From positions 1-64,000 of IMG/VR virus record IMGVR_UViG_3300029904_000002: a DNA stretch of 64,000 nt. One strand, written 5' to 3'. Source of the DNA: a virus. Shown here piece by piece: positions 17,233 to 27,539 of this stretch. Every line of letters starts with the position of its first letter. Position 1 is the first letter of the stretch. The notes beneath the pieces were generated by a model. That model was given only the letters and a program-made list of their open reading frames with translations. It did no database searches and had not been told where the DNA came from. The position numbers and the translations under genes are program-made.

Positions 17233-17436
17233 ATGTTTAGATGTCCTATGTGCGATTCATCCAACATAACGCAACGGATCATATATTGTGCTGGAAGCGC
17301 TATGAACCATGTAAAGTGTAGCTCATGCGGTTATGATAATACAAAGCAAGTTACACGTCTATCAACAACCACGTCTTCATATTTTACTAACAATAAAATA
17401 ATTTTCAGCAATAATACAACGTCATGTTTATTCTAA
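17233..17436 (+). CDS. small zinc-ribbon protein
   Basis: 67 aa; CPMCDS..CSSCGY. Confidence 0.45.
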   Translation: MFRCPMCDSSNITQRIIYCAGSAMNHVKCSSCGYDNTKQVTRLSTTTSSYFTNNKIIFSNNTTSCLF

Positions 17437-17444
17437 ACACTATC

Positions 17445-17466
17445 AACCTCCACTCTAGTGGAGGTT
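17445..17466 (+). terminator. stem-loop, 9 bp
   Basis: AACCTCCAC-TCTA-GTGGAGGTT, followed by CCTTTAT. Confidence 0.55.
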
Positions 17467-17564
17467 CCTTTATGTATGTTCATACAAACTTACACCTTTT
17501 ATAGAGATAGAAGTGAAAACATTTCATATCATGTACTTATTGTATAGATTGGAGGATAAGTCTT

Positions 17565-17795
17565 GTGAGACGTCCGGATATATGCGTTGAGATTCCTGGT
17601 ACATGTCAATACATACGTCCAGGTGATATAGTGAAGTTAGGAAGATTCGAAACTACTAGATGGCAAGTAGGATTCGGATGGTTTAGTTTTGATGAAAACA
17701 GGCCATTCTATGGTATGTATCTTACTAATATTCAATCTGGACAAGTAAAACCGTTGCTGAAAACAGACTTAGATGATATCTATATGATTGAGTAG
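17565..17795 (+). CDS. hypothetical protein, paralogous to the N-terminal domain of 17824..18483
   Basis: 76 aa, GTG start behind GGAGG; shared pattern G..V.L.RF..T.W.V..GW....GWYL..I.S....PL...DL..I. Confidence 0.55.
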   Translation: MRRPDICVEIPGTCQYIRPGDIVKLGRFETTRWQVGFGWFSFDENRPFYGMYLTNIQSGQVKPLLKTDLDDIYMIE

Positions 17796-17823
17796 TTAAA
17801 TCCTGATAAGGAAAGGCGGTGAA

Positions 17824-18483
17824 TTGACTGTCATGGCGGATAGAATCACACTTGATTCAGGCATACAAATTGTTGATGGTAGTATTGTCATCCTTGCTAG
17901 ATTTCCTGGTACTAAATGGGTAGTCCATAAGGGCTGGTATGCATATCAGGAAAATCAATATAATGGATGGTACCTATCTTCTATCCCGTCGCAGGCTACA
18001 ATGCCACTAATTGATTCTGATCTTATTGGAATTGTAGTTGTAGGCGGAGATTGTTCATGTCCGGATCAACCATTTCCGTCACCAAACCCTCCAAGACCAG
18101 GATGCGGGGGGATGTCACCTGAAATGACATGGGAATTGAATAGAGCTTGGATAACTGTAGACACACTGGAGCAGCTATCTAGGTTGAATCGAAGATTGGT
18201 CCCAGACGGTAAGATTGTCAGAGTAAACGACACAGGTGATGGCACAGCAAAATATTACAGATATGATCAAGCAAAGTCAATTTGGACCGAGGAGTATTTT
18301 GGAGTAGATACAACGAATTTTGTATCGAAGGACGATCTAGTCCAAGAAGTCAAGGACCAGCTTGATAATGCAGATTTTTCGCAAACAGTTGTAAATGTCA
18401 TCAAAGAAAATGACGAGGTTCATCAGACGATAAAAGAAGTCGCTGAATCAGATACAACATGGAAAGAATTATCAGAAGAATAG
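17824..18483 (+). CDS. putative virion/tail-associated protein
   Basis: 219 aa; TTG 17824 or ATG 17833 start; N-terminal domain paralogous to 17565..17795; heads the fibre gene block. Confidence 0.55.
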   Translation: MTVMADRITLDSGIQIVDGSIVILARFPGTKWVVHKGWYAYQENQYNGWYLSSIPSQATMPLIDSDLIGIVVVGGDCSCPDQPFPSPNPPRPGCGGMSPEMTWELNRAWITVDTLEQLSRLNRRLVPDGKIVRVNDTGDGTAKYYRYDQAKSIWTEEYFGVDTTNFVSKDDLVQEVKDQLDNADFSQTVVNVIKENDEVHQTIKEVAESDTTWKELSEE

Positions 18484-18496
18484 GAGGTAAACAAAT

Positions 18497-19993
18497 ATGC
18501 CAGTAATTGATACTAATCTGAATGTATCATTTGTACGGTGTACTTCTGCACAGTATACAGCATTGTCTCCAAAAGATGCAAATGCTATATATTTTGTGAC
18601 AGATACACGTGAAATTTATCAAGGTGAGAGTCTGTATTCTGGAAATGCTATTGAATTTACTACAGCTGTTCCAGAATTTGGTACTGCACAAGATAACAAA
18701 CTTTATGTTGTAACAGACGATACTGGAAAAGTAACATTCTATGTGAAAGGTGAAGACTCGATGATACCTGCAGGTGGAAGTACTGCTGTATCAATCGAAG
18801 ATCTTGATTCCATCTTAGATAAAGATGGTACAGCCTTAACAGAAGATGATACAAAGATTCCAACATCCGGTGCAGTTGTTGAAGCAATTCAAGATGCATT
18901 ATCTGGGTATAATGCAGCTATTGTAGATGTATCTGCTGATAGATCCGAGGACAACACCGGAACAGTTATCACATTTACACCTAAAGAGGGTGCGCCAAAA
19001 ACGGTAACTATCGCAGACCTGTTCCTATCTGCTGCAAGCTATGATTCAGAGAGTCATATTCTTTCACTTACAGTTACAGGTGCGGATGCTCCGGTAAGTG
19101 TAGATCTTGGAGAACTCATTCCTCAGGCAGTATCTACGTCAGATGTAGCAATGGCTGCTAATATTGTATGCACAGTAGATGTAGGTAACTACAAGAAAGG
19201 TGATACAATCGATATTTCAACAACTGAAAATCTTCAGAAATTTTTAGTTGGTATGCTATCACAGGACAGCAACCCGACAACTACTCAACCAAGTGCATCT
19301 ATTACACTTACAGGTGCAGGTGCTAAAGAAGTTGGTACAGAATTTACACCGAATTATTCAGCAAATCTGAATGTTGGTGCATATTCAAATAATGCCGAAG
19401 GTGCACAGCCTACAGGTGTTACGGCAACAGCTTGGAGTGTAACAGATACAGACGATAATTCAGCTGCTACTCAGACAGGTGCATTTGATGCATTCACTGT
19501 TGAAGATGCTACAAATTATCGTGTATCCGTAGAAGTTACACATACAGCAGGTAACATTCCTACAACTTTCTTAGGAGAGCCTTACCCAGCAGGCCAGATC
19601 CAAGCAGGTACAAAATCTGCAAATTCTTCATCTGTAACAGGTTACAGAATGGGATTCTATGGAGCTCTTACAGATAAGACAGGTACTGTTGATTCTGCGC
19701 TGATTAGATCACTTTCCGGTAAATCTAACAAGAAAGTTGCTAAAGGTCAGAAGTACACTATTTCTGTTCCAGCTGGTGTATCTAGAGTTATCTTAGCTTA
19801 CGATGCATCTATTGGTGATGTTGCATCTATTACATCTGCAGAAGAATTTGGATCTGAAATCAAAGATTCATTTGTAAAATCTAATGTAAACGTAGAAGGT
19901 GCAAATGCATACTCAGCAATTTCATACAATGTATATGTTAAAGATTTAGCTGCTCCGCAGGCTAATGCTACAACATATTCTGTAACTATTTAA
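18497..19993 (+). CDS. tail fibre / receptor-binding protein 1
   Basis: 498 aa; N-terminal adaptor motif KDANAIYFVTDTREIYQGESLY; Thr/Ser/Ala/Gly-rich composition. Confidence 0.75.
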   Translation: MPVIDTNLNVSFVRCTSAQYTALSPKDANAIYFVTDTREIYQGESLYSGNAIEFTTAVPEFGTAQDNKLYVVTDDTGKVTFYVKGEDSMIPAGGSTAVSIEDLDSILDKDGTALTEDDTKIPTSGAVVEAIQDALSGYNAAIVDVSADRSEDNTGTVITFTPKEGAPKTVTIADLFLSAASYDSESHILSLTVTGADAPVSVDLGELIPQAVSTSDVAMAANIVCTVDVGNYKKGDTIDISTTENLQKFLVGMLSQDSNPTTTQPSASITLTGAGAKEVGTEFTPNYSANLNVGAYSNNAEGAQPTGVTATAWSVTDTDDNSAATQTGAFDAFTVEDATNYRVSVEVTHTAGNIPTTFLGEPYPAGQIQAGTKSANSSSVTGYRMGFYGALTDKTGTVDSALIRSLSGKSNKKVAKGQKYTISVPAGVSRVILAYDASIGDVASITSAEEFGSEIKDSFVKSNVNVEGANAYSAISYNVYVKDLAAPQANATTYSVTI

Positions 19994-20015
19994 GAGTAAG
20001 GAGGTTGAATAAGTT

Positions 20016-21641
20016 ATGCCAAATGCATATAGTCCATCTCAGGTAAAATCAAAACTTGGTTGGTCAAACTCATTTGATAGAAACGCAGCTTTCCCGCTTG
20101 AGTTTGCAGCTTGGTTTGGATCATATGAAGATGCGCAAGCAGCTGCGCAAACAGCCGTAGAGGTAGGATCTACAGATTCTAAATATTATTACGGTATGCA
20201 GTTGTACGTATTTGACGGAACAACAGCGAGAACTTATCTCATTCAGGGAGATAAATCTCTGAAAGAGATCGGTGAAAATACACCTATGATGTTTGTAGAT
20301 TCTGAAGATGATTTATATCTTCTTGAGGATCTTGAAATTGGTCAGCAGGTACTTGTTGAAGGTACTGGAGAAATTTGGGTATTCAAGGGTGGACTTGCTT
20401 CTGAACCCAGCAATTGGGTACAGGCAGGATCAGGTTCTGATGTTGTATGGCAGGGCACAGAAGACAGAGTTATATTTCGTGCTATTGCACAGTCTGCTTT
20501 TGACAGCGTTGACCCGAAAGATGCAAATACACTGTATTTCATAACAGACGCTGGTAAGATCTACAAAGGATCGACAGATGTTACAAGCTGTGTAACAGTT
20601 GGAGCTATTCCAGAAGCATCGGCAGCTGTAAAGGGCAAATTATACATCGATTCTAATACATTTGCTATGGCAATCACCATGGACGGAGCATCTTGGATTC
20701 AGGCATCTCCAGGATATCTTACAGATGGTGTTGAATGGACAGCTGCTGACTCTAGTAAGCTCGCTACTATTGGACTTATCAAAAAGGGCATTCAAGCAGC
20801 TGTAGATGGAATCGATACAACAACGTATTTTGAAAAGTCTACAGGTACTGTAAAAGTAGGCGCAGAGGGTACTGGTGCTGTGCTTACCGGTGTTGCACAT
20901 GACGTCAAATACGATCAAGCTCAACTTAGAATCACAATTCCGGTCTACGGTGGAACGGATGTCGTAGTAGATATACCCAAAGATAAATTCGTAACAGCTG
21001 GACAGTTTTATGAAGACTACCCTGCAGAAGGCGAACCAACACATCATAATGTTATTGTGCTAACAATTGATGGGCAAGCAGAACCTGTAATTATACCAGC
21101 AGAAGCTCTTGTAGATGTCTATACAGCAGATAATACGGGAAAAGATGTAACATTAGTTATTAGCCAAGATAACAAGATCTCAGCTTCCGTTAAAATTGAT
21201 CCTACAGGTGGTAATGCGCTTGTAACATCTGAAAACGGTCTTAAAGTAGATGTCAGTGGTAAGATGGATAAGATTGCATCTGCTACAGGCACTAAGATCG
21301 CAATGACTACAGCTGACGGAGGTGTAAGTGAATCAACTTATACAATTACAGCTGATGGTGAAATGGGATCTGAGTCTACTGTAGTTCCTACAGCTAATTT
21401 GATAGCTGCTGCAATCTCAACTGCTATCAACAATGCAAATATCAGCAATAAGGTTGATAAAGTTGTAGGTACGGTAGATAACTTTGTAGGATTTGCAGCT
21501 GAAGGTGCAATCAAAGATTCTGGGAAGAAGTCAGGTGGGGCTACACTTGCTGAATCGCCGGATGCAAATACGCTTGCAACGGAAGCAGCAGTTAAAGCTG
21601 CTGTAGAGAACGCTCACATTACATGGGGTACAATCGAATAG
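20016..21641 (+). CDS. tail fibre / receptor-binding protein 2
   Basis: 541 aa; internal copy of the adaptor motif KDANTLYFITDAGKIYKGSTDV. Confidence 0.7.
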   Translation: MPNAYSPSQVKSKLGWSNSFDRNAAFPLEFAAWFGSYEDAQAAAQTAVEVGSTDSKYYYGMQLYVFDGTTARTYLIQGDKSLKEIGENTPMMFVDSEDDLYLLEDLEIGQQVLVEGTGEIWVFKGGLASEPSNWVQAGSGSDVVWQGTEDRVIFRAIAQSAFDSVDPKDANTLYFITDAGKIYKGSTDVTSCVTVGAIPEASAAVKGKLYIDSNTFAMAITMDGASWIQASPGYLTDGVEWTAADSSKLATIGLIKKGIQAAVDGIDTTTYFEKSTGTVKVGAEGTGAVLTGVAHDVKYDQAQLRITIPVYGGTDVVVDIPKDKFVTAGQFYEDYPAEGEPTHHNVIVLTIDGQAEPVIIPAEALVDVYTADNTGKDVTLVISQDNKISASVKIDPTGGNALVTSENGLKVDVSGKMDKIASATGTKIAMTTADGGVSESTYTITADGEMGSESTVVPTANLIAAAISTAINNANISNKVDKVVGTVDNFVGFAAEGAIKDSGKKSGGATLAESPDANTLATEAAVKAAVENAHITWGTIE

Positions 21642-21732
21642 GTTGTACCTCCACCCTCATGGGTGGTTATGAATCATTGATCCTTATATAAGATCACAAG
21701 ACGTTTGTATTCATATAGAAAGGAGATTAAAC

Positions 21733-22941
21733 ATGAGTTTAAACGGTGTTGACATTGCTAATTACCAGGCAGGTATCAATATTGCTGCAATGACTACAAC
21801 AGACTTCGTCATTGTAAAAGCTACACAAGGTACATGGTACACGTCACCATCATTTGTTAAGCAGTATTCTGATGCAAAAGCTGCTGGTAAGCTGCTTGGT
21901 ATTTATCACTATGCAGAAGGTAAAGACTACAAAGCTGAAGCAGATTACTTCTTGAAAACAATCGGTGATCGCGTAGGAGAGGCTATTCTTTGTCTTGACT
22001 GGGAAGGAACGGACAATGCAACTTTCAATTCCGGAAAAGATAAAACATGGGTTAAGAATTGGTGCGACTATGTTGCATCTAAAACCAATGTTAAGCCGCT
22101 TGTATATACTTCCAAAGCATATATGGGCAACCTTTCTGGAATTGGAGATTATGGTCTTTGGATCGCACAGTATGCAAACAATAATCCTACCAATTATCAA
22201 GCTACTCCTTGGAATGAAGGCGCATATTCTTGTGCTATTCGTCAGTATTCATCTACGGGTAGAATCAAAGGTTATAGCAGCAACATAGACTTAAACAAAT
22301 TCTACGGAGATGCTACAGCTTGGAAGAAATATGCTAACCCAGGAAACGCAAAACCTGTAGAGGGTGGATCTTCTAATCCATCTACTCCTTCTACAACACC
22401 TTCAGGATCTACGTTAGATCTCGTGTTAGGTGTAATGCAGGGCAAATATGGTGATGGAAATGCTCGTAAAGCTGCACTTGGTACAAAGTATAATGAAGTT
22501 CAGAATATGATAAATCATATTGCTACAGCGTCTGCTTCAACGCTTGCAAACGAAGTAAAAGCTGGAAAATATGGAAATGGTGATACTCGCAAAACAGTTT
22601 TAGGATCAAGGTATACCGAGGTTCAGAATATTGTGAATGCAGGATCTAAAAAATCGAATGATGAGATCGCTAATGAAGTAATCGCAGGTAAATGGGGCGA
22701 TGGAAATACTCGTAAGTCTAAACTTGAAGCTGCTGGATATGACTATGATGCGGTACAAGCCATTGTCAATAAGAAATTAGGAGCTTCAAGTTCTGGTAAA
22801 CAGTATTATACGATCAAGAAAGGTGATACACTATCCGGTATAGCTTCTAAATATGGTACCACTGTAAGTAAACTACAATCTTTGAACGGCATCAAGAATG
22901 CAAACGTCATTTATGCAGGTCAGAAGATTAGGGTGAAGTAA
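21733..22941 (+). CDS. endolysin: GH25 muramidase + 3 Cpl-7 (CW_7) repeats + LysM
   Basis: 402 aa; [24 protein letters not shown] (GH25); three [10 protein letters not shown]-type repeats; C-term [18 protein letters not shown] (LysM). Confidence 0.9.
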   Translation: MSLNGVDIANYQAGINIAAMTTTDFVIVKATQGTWYTSPSFVKQYSDAKAAGKLLGIYHYAEGKDYKAEADYFLKTIGDRVGEAILCLDWEGTDNATFNSGKDKTWVKNWCDYVASKTNVKPLVYTSKAYMGNLSGIGDYGLWIAQYANNNPTNYQATPWNEGAYSCAIRQYSSTGRIKGYSSNIDLNKFYGDATAWKKYANPGNAKPVEGGSSNPSTPSTTPSGSTLDLVLGVMQGKYGDGNARKAALGTKYNEVQNMINHIATASASTLANEVKAGKYGNGDTRKTVLGSRYTEVQNIVNAGSKKSNDEIANEVIAGKWGDGNTRKSKLEAAGYDYDAVQAIVNKKLGASSSGKQYYTIKKGDTLSGIASKYGTTVSKLQSLNGIKNANVIYAGQKIRVK

Positions 22942-22942
22942 A

Positions 22943-23413
22943 TTGGACGGTCAGATAACGCTCAAACGTGGTTCATATGAACGTTATCAATCACTTGAGT
23001 TAGATACTGATACAATTTATTTCTGCGAAGATTGTGGTAGGATATTTGTAGGGGACATTGAATACTGTCCCCCCGTCAATTGGAACGAAGTTTATCCAAT
23101 AAATAGTGTGATCATATTCTATGACAATATGGATCATAGTAATCATTTAGGTCTTACATGGGAGAAGTGCTTGATAGGTCGTGTACCAGTAGGTATAGAT
23201 GAAAACGATGATTCTTTCAATTCTATAGGAGCTAAAATAGGGTCTAAGACCCATTCGTTAGTTGCTTCAGAATTACCTGAATTAACAAAAGACGCAGTAC
23301 CATTAGGTATCGACACATCTGGATCTCATGTAACTGGATATAGCGACACTAGCGCACCGCATAATAATATACAGCCTTCAGAAGTAGTGTCGTTCTGGAG
23401 AAGAATCAATTAA
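22943..23413 (+). CDS. tail-collar-like fibre protein
   Basis: 156 aa, TTG start; adaptor motif DTDTIYFCEDCGRIFVGDIEY; C-term ..HSL....LP.....H.NIQPS.V..FW.R resembles the phage tail collar domain. Confidence 0.6.
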   Translation: MDGQITLKRGSYERYQSLELDTDTIYFCEDCGRIFVGDIEYCPPVNWNEVYPINSVIIFYDNMDHSNHLGLTWEKCLIGRVPVGIDENDDSFNSIGAKIGSKTHSLVASELPELTKDAVPLGIDTSGSHVTGYSDTSAPHNNIQPSEVVSFWRRIN

Positions 23414-23431
23414 TAAAGGAGATGTAAAATA

Positions 23432-24826
23432 ATGCCACAGGTAGGACAAAATGTTAAGTTTTTAGCAGGACTTCATGCTAATTATGTAGACATTCCAAGT
23501 AAAGATCTAAATACTGTGTATTTTTGTACAGATACGCAGCAATTATTCGTAGGGGAAACAGAGTATACACGTCCTGTTAATCATGGAACGCAGTTACCGG
23601 AAGGGTATCTTCCTCCGAATTCTCTGTTTTATCATGAGACTGAAAGAGTGTTATACTTCAGTCAGGATGGAGCATCTTGGCAGTCTGTGTCAAACTTCTA
23701 TACGCATCCAACATTTACTCAGAGAGTTCTTGGTGATCAAACTGGTGGGCAGCTTACTTACGGTCAAACATTTAAGATCCCGAAGGTAACGGTAGATCAG
23801 AACGGACATGTTAGTGCTGGTGAAGACATTGAATTCACAATGCCTACTGCACAAGATATTCCAGACGTTCCAGATGTAGAAGCTGAAGTAACTGGATCAG
23901 GTAATGTAATCACAAATATCACAGCATCTGAACACACAGTTACTGCTGAAAAGGGATTTACTGCTGCATCTCAGACAGATTTAGATGCTGTTGAAGCAAC
24001 GGCAAATGCAGCTATGCCTAAATCAGGTGGTACATTTACAGGTGCTGTAATTGTACAAACTCCGACAGAAGACGGCCATGCTGCTACAAAAGGATATGTT
24101 GATCAAGAAGCTGCAGCTGCTGAACAGGCTGCTAAAGATTATGCAGATAGCATCTTAGGTGCCAACGATGCGATGGTATTCAAAGGTACACTTGGTACAG
24201 ATGGTACTGTTACAGCTCTTCCTACCACATATCAAACAGGTTGGACATATCGTGTAATCACAGCAGGTACTTATGCCGGACAGCAATGCGAAGTTGGTGA
24301 TCTGATTATTGCTATTGCAGATGCAACTGATGACGGATCTGATGCAGATTGGACGATCGCACAGACTAACATTGATGGTGCAGTGACACATTCAGCTGAC
24401 TTAACAGCTGACAATATCGTTGTTGGTAATGGTGCTGGTCAGGTTAAACCGTCAAGCACAAAAGTATCTGATCTAGCTACAACTGCAGATCTTGCTGGTA
24501 AAGTTGATAAAACTTTCGAGCTGAATGGTCATGCATTATCCGGAGATCATCTTGATCTTACAAAATCTGATGTAGGATTAGGAAACGTAGATAACACAGC
24601 TGATGCTAACAAAGTTGTTGCAAGTGCTGGTAAGCTGACAACTGCTCGTACAATTACACTTGAAGGCGATGCAACAGGATCTGCATCATTTGATGGATCT
24701 GCCAATGCAACTATCACAGTTGATGTTGCTAGAGCAACAGCGGATGCTTCTGGAAACAACATTGAAGACACTTATGCTACTAAAACAGAGGTTCAGAGTG
24801 CTGCTCTTAAATGGGGCGAGTTCTAA
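23432..24826 (+). CDS. tail fibre / receptor-binding protein 3
   Basis: 464 aa; adaptor motif KDLNTVYFCTDTQQLFVGETEY; one copy of the GQTFKIPKVTVDQNGHV unit that is repeated in the next gene. Confidence 0.72.
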   Translation: MPQVGQNVKFLAGLHANYVDIPSKDLNTVYFCTDTQQLFVGETEYTRPVNHGTQLPEGYLPPNSLFYHETERVLYFSQDGASWQSVSNFYTHPTFTQRVLGDQTGGQLTYGQTFKIPKVTVDQNGHVSAGEDIEFTMPTAQDIPDVPDVEAEVTGSGNVITNITASEHTVTAEKGFTAASQTDLDAVEATANAAMPKSGGTFTGAVIVQTPTEDGHAATKGYVDQEAAAAEQAAKDYADSILGANDAMVFKGTLGTDGTVTALPTTYQTGWTYRVITAGTYAGQQCEVGDLIIAIADATDDGSDADWTIAQTNIDGAVTHSADLTADNIVVGNGAGQVKPSSTKVSDLATTADLAGKVDKTFELNGHALSGDHLDLTKSDVGLGNVDNTADANKVVASAGKLTTARTITLEGDATGSASFDGSANATITVDVARATADASGNNIEDTYATKTEVQSAALKWGEF

Positions 24827-24856
24827 TCCTGATGAAGTAGTGTTGACCTAACGATT

Positions 24857-24902
24857 AAAGATCTGCTACCTTGTATATTTCCACGAGATAGCAGATCTTT
24901 TT
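24857..24902 (+). terminator. 12-bp stem-loop with T tail
   Basis: AAAGATCTGCTA/TAGCAGATCTTT, 20-nt loop, T-run. Confidence 0.55.
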
Positions 24903-24934
24903 ACATTAAACATAAATTGGAGGTGTTATCAAAA

Positions 24935-27304
24935 ATGCCTAGAGAAGAAGTAAGTTTCGCCAGAGGTACTAAGGCTACAATGCCGCAAAACAAAGTACCT
25001 GGAAGGCTTCTCATTGCTACAGATACAGGTGAAGCATATGTAGATGATACTACGACCAGCCGTGTGCAACTAAAAGACACAACAAAAGTATCTAAGTCGG
25101 GAGATACTATGTCAGGTCCTTTAAATATGGGATCAAATAAGATCACAAATGTAGCTACACCTACAGCGGATACCGATGCAGCAAATTTAGGATCTGTAAA
25201 ATCTGAAACAGCGAAGGTCAAATATACTGGTGGTACAGCAATAACTGTTGATGATGGTAACAAAACAATTTCACATAACACTATTGGTATTGCAGGAAGT
25301 GTAGGACCTTCTGCAAATGCAACACCAGCACCTGGTGGTACATTCAATGTACCTCAAATAACTACCGATGCACAAGGTCATGTTAGTTCGAAAACTAATC
25401 GAACTGTTACAATTCCGCAGTATTCTGCAGGAACAGGTCTAAGCATTAGTGGTACTGCAATCAGTCATGCGAATAACGGAACTGCTGGTTCATATGGACC
25501 TACAGGTAATGTTACTCCAGGTTATGGTGGAACTTTTGAGATTCCCCAGATTACAACCAATGCTCAAGGGCATGTAACTGCAATTACTATGCGGACTGTA
25601 AGATTGCCATCTGCTCAAGATATTCCTGAAGTAGAGACTTATACAGGTGTTTCACCTATCACAGTAAGCGGTACACAGATCAGTCACAACAATATAGGTA
25701 CTGCAGGATCTGTAGGTCCAACAGGTAATTCAACTGCTACTCATGGTGGTACTATTACAATTCCTTACATCACAGTCGATGCTAAGGGACATGTGTCTGC
25801 AAAATCTAACAGAACAATTACATTACCAGCTGGACCTGTTAACATGAGGGGTGCAACTTCAAGCGCTGCAGGTAGTGCAGGTTATGTTCCAGCACCTGCA
25901 GCTGGTGCGTCTAATAGATATTTGAGATCTGATGGAACATGGGCAGTGCCTGCAAGTACTACTTACACAGCTGCAAGAGGTCTTTCGTTATCTGGCACAG
26001 AGATTGGACACTCTAATTCAGCTATAACAGCAGGTAACAGAGGGCCAACAGCAAATGCAACCATATCTCCAGGAAGTACTTTCAGCGTTCCTCAAATCTA
26101 CTATGATGCATATGGGCATGTTACATCTTCTGCAACAAACAGAACGATGACATTGAATTCAAGTATCCTTGATACATCAGATATCTTGACATCACTGTCA
26201 AGTGCAACAAATAATACAAAGGTATTAGGTGCTAAACTTGTAGCTGATGCAATCAACGATTTGAACAGCCAAGTTAGTACATTAAATACGAATCTGTCTA
26301 ACGATATACAACGCAGAACACAATGTAATTTTGATATGAGTAATGTAATATGTGTTTCTGATTCATTTGGTGAAGGATATAATCCGGATGGAGCAGCTAC
26401 TGTACCATGGTGCGAACGATTGCAAGTATATTTTGATTATGATAACTGGCACAATATAGCAGAAGGCGGTATAGGATTCCAGCATGTATCAGGTAGTACT
26501 AGACATAATGCAGTTCAGTGCTGGAATGCTCATAAATCAGAAATAGCTTGGTTGAATAAAGCGACAACAGTAATTTGCTTATTTGGGCACAATGATAGGG
26601 ATCAATCTTCTGCAACTAGTGAGGATGCTGCCAGACTTACAGCATCTGTTAGATCTTTCTTCGATCAAGTGATGTCTGACTGCCCGAATGCTAAGATAAT
26701 TTGGATGATGAATCCTACCAATGTCATATTCAAACGGGCTATTATAGCTACTGTGTTACGTTGTCAGAACTTATATACAGGATATGACAAACTTACAGTA
26801 TTCGACTCCTGGTACTGGAATATATTTACACGACCTAACGGTATATATGAACAAATGCTATGGACTTCAGATGGAATACATCCAAATAGCTCTGGTCAAA
26901 CAATGATAGCTAGACAAATTTATCATGCAATGCATGGAGGTTGCCCATATAACAATACCTATGTACACTTAGCTGATGATATTTCAAATTCCAACTGTGG
27001 ATTATATGTATATGGTCCTGTAAGTACATTATACATTTCATACTCAAATTATGTGGCTCGAAGATCTAATACAATTGGTAGATTTCCTGCTAATATGTTT
27101 TATGGTAGTAATGCAGGACCTTATGCATCATATGCCGATACAGTTAATCTGAATGATGTACTTTGGGGAACTATTAACTATGGTGGAGATTATGGACGAA
27201 GCATTTACCTATTTCAACCTACTGTTAATCAATCAAGTTACCAGTCAGGTAATGTAAGAACTTGTATAACGCTAGATACGTTTGAATTTGCGTGCATAGG
27301 ATGA
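24935..27304 (+). CDS. tail fibre with C-terminal SGNH/GDSL esterase domain
   Basis: ORF track 24917..27304; start moved to ATG 24935 (MP.. like the other fibre genes); four ~63-aa repeats; ICVSDSFGEG (GDS block) and DGIHPN (DxxH block). Confidence 0.8.
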   Translation: MPREEVSFARGTKATMPQNKVPGRLLIATDTGEAYVDDTTTSRVQLKDTTKVSKSGDTMSGPLNMGSNKITNVATPTADTDAANLGSVKSETAKVKYTGGTAITVDDGNKTISHNTIGIAGSVGPSANATPAPGGTFNVPQITTDAQGHVSSKTNRTVTIPQYSAGTGLSISGTAISHANNGTAGSYGPTGNVTPGYGGTFEIPQITTNAQGHVTAITMRTVRLPSAQDIPEVETYTGVSPITVSGTQISHNNIGTAGSVGPTGNSTATHGGTITIPYITVDAKGHVSAKSNRTITLPAGPVNMRGATSSAAGSAGYVPAPAAGASNRYLRSDGTWAVPASTTYTAARGLSLSGTEIGHSNSAITAGNRGPTANATISPGSTFSVPQIYYDAYGHVTSSATNRTMTLNSSILDTSDILTSLSSATNNTKVLGAKLVADAINDLNSQVSTLNTNLSNDIQRRTQCNFDMSNVICVSDSFGEGYNPDGAATVPWCERLQVYFDYDNWHNIAEGGIGFQHVSGSTRHNAVQCWNAHKSEIAWLNKATTVICLFGHNDRDQSSATSEDAARLTASVRSFFDQVMSDCPNAKIIWMMNPTNVIFKRAIIATVLRCQNLYTGYDKLTVFDSWYWNIFTRPNGIYEQMLWTSDGIHPNSSGQTMIARQIYHAMHGGCPYNNTYVHLADDISNSNCGLYVYGPVSTLYISYSNYVARRSNTIGRFPANMFYGSNAGPYASYADTVNLNDVLWGTINYGGDYGRSIYLFQPTVNQSSYQSGNVRTCITLDTFEFACIG
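25223..26155 (+). repeat. four tandem ~63-codon repeats inside the fibre gene
   Basis: Units ..ISH.N.G.AGS.GP..N.TP..GGTF..PQITT.AQGHV......RTVT.P at aa 103-167, 169-231, 242-304, 350-413 of the ORF-track protein. Confidence 0.8.
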
Positions 27305-27314
27305 TCTATCATAA

Positions 27315-27350
27315 AATTAGGGCTACCTACTGATAGCCCTAATTTATTTT
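27315..27350 (+). terminator. intrinsic terminator
   Basis: 11-bp stem AATTAGGGCTA/TAGCCCTAATT, then TATTTT. Confidence 0.75.
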
Positions 27351-27398
27351 GATTCAGTTGAAATGTTTATTGTGTAATTCTTCTAGGATTTCATATTT

Positions 27399-27436
27399 AA
27401 TAGTCTATCGATTTTCATCGGTAGACTATTTCTTTG
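27399..27436 (+). terminator. second tandem terminator
   Basis: 14-bp stem AATAGTCTATCGAT/ATCGGTAGACTATT, loop TTTC, then TCTTTG. Confidence 0.7.
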
Positions 27437-27441
27437 TGATT

Positions 27442-27454
27442 GAATCGTTATTGG
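27442..27454 (+). promoter_or_regulatory. gAATCGTTAt promoter-like motif copy (GAATCGTTATTGG)
   Basis: After two terminators; 86 nt upstream of ATG 27540. Confidence 0.5.
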
Positions 27455-27460
27455 TACATG

Positions 27461-27497
27461 TAATCACTTCAATCAAATATAATAATCACTTCAATCA
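27461..27497 (+). repeat. 15-bp direct repeat TAATCACTTCAATCA x2, 22-bp period
   Basis: Copies at 27461-27475 and 27483-27497, between the promoter-like motif and the integrase relic. Confidence 0.7.
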
Positions 27498-27539
27498 TCA
27501 ACCAGAAAACTATCAATAATCCAAGAGGAGGTTGGCAGT

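Noticed and set aside
26281-26296. The 16-mer ATTAAATACGAATCTG is shared between the fibre gene (26281) and the left inverted repeat (49021).
   Set aside because: A single exact 16-mer pair is within rough chance expectation for a 64-kb AT-rich sequence, and the fibre copy is ordinary coding sequence.
27461-27497. A CRISPR-like array.
   Set aside because: There are only two 15-bp repeat copies and one 7-bp spacer, and no other array-like periodic repeats were seen anywhere in the window.
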